From NCBI GenBank assembly GCA_041661405.1, contig JBAZUL010000001.1:92403-156402 (forward strand): a stretch of 64,000 bases of DNA, given 5' to 3'. The position numbers were made by a program, and so were the translations under genes. The notes beneath the pieces were generated by a model. That model was not told where the DNA came from. It searched no databases and saw only the letters and a program-made list of their open reading frames with translations. Positions 63,943 to 64,000 of this stretch are shown in pieces (the first letter of the stretch is position 1; each line of letters starts with the position of its first letter). The DNA comes from Patescibacteria group bacterium. Lineage in GTDB: Bacteria; Patescibacteriota; Patescibacteriia; Patescibacteriales; JBAZCA01.

Positions 63943-64000
63943 TTAATCAACGCACCTCAGAATGTGTTTAAAAACTCTTTCCGCTTCGGCTCCGACTTCG
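63943..64000 (-). CDS. rpsF: 30S ribosomal protein S6, 3' end only (runs off the window)
   Basis: The open minus-strand frame ends ..EVGAEAERVFKHILRCVD-stop, and its position upstream of ssb-rpsR fits the conserved operon order. Too little sequence is present for a firm call. Confidence 0.4.
   Translation of the reverse strand, partial: EVGAEAERVFKHILRCVD

Overview
The window looks like chromosomal DNA from a small-genome, AT-leaning bacterium, probably Patescibacteria/CPR-like. That placement is an inference from gene content and protein style. No homology search was run; all calls come from motif recognition in the supplied ORFs and from reading the DNA. The backbone is housekeeping. It includes a PBP1A 3' part, polA, a MurL-like/murD pair, holA, rpsT, lgt, ppsA, the origin neighbourhood rpmH-rnpA-yidD-yidC / dnaA-dnaN, glyQS with a T-box leader, argS, tyrS, an Rrf2-iscS-iscU block, nrnA-rbfA-lspA-dksA, smc, comM, recA, efp and rpsF-ssb-rpsR. 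There are seven tRNAs: Glu, Leu, Ala-GGC, Arg, Ala-UGC, Lys and Cys. Accessory-looking parts are an MNT/HEPN pair next to tRNA-Leu, a GC-rich stand-alone radical-SAM/SPASM gene, a low-GC cluster at 30.4-32.8 kb, and a thiol/copper island at 35.9-41.4 kb. The most unusual region is the gene-poor, tRNA-containing block at 21.1-22.1 kb. It holds five perfect DnaA boxes, which is more than flank dnaA itself. It also holds four copies of a 26-bp palindrome (TTATGTCCAGAG-NN-CTCTGGACATAA) that recurs twice at 52.0 kb, a duplicated tRNA-Ala 3' end, and a 150-nt element closed by a 25-bp stem. Other oddities are a GC-rich palindrome inserted in frame in both polA and copA, 7-nt tandem repeats inside tyrS and a pilin-like gene, and GGGAT/ATCCC word arrays in intergenic hairpins. 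No CRISPR array, rRNA, transposase or integrase was seen.
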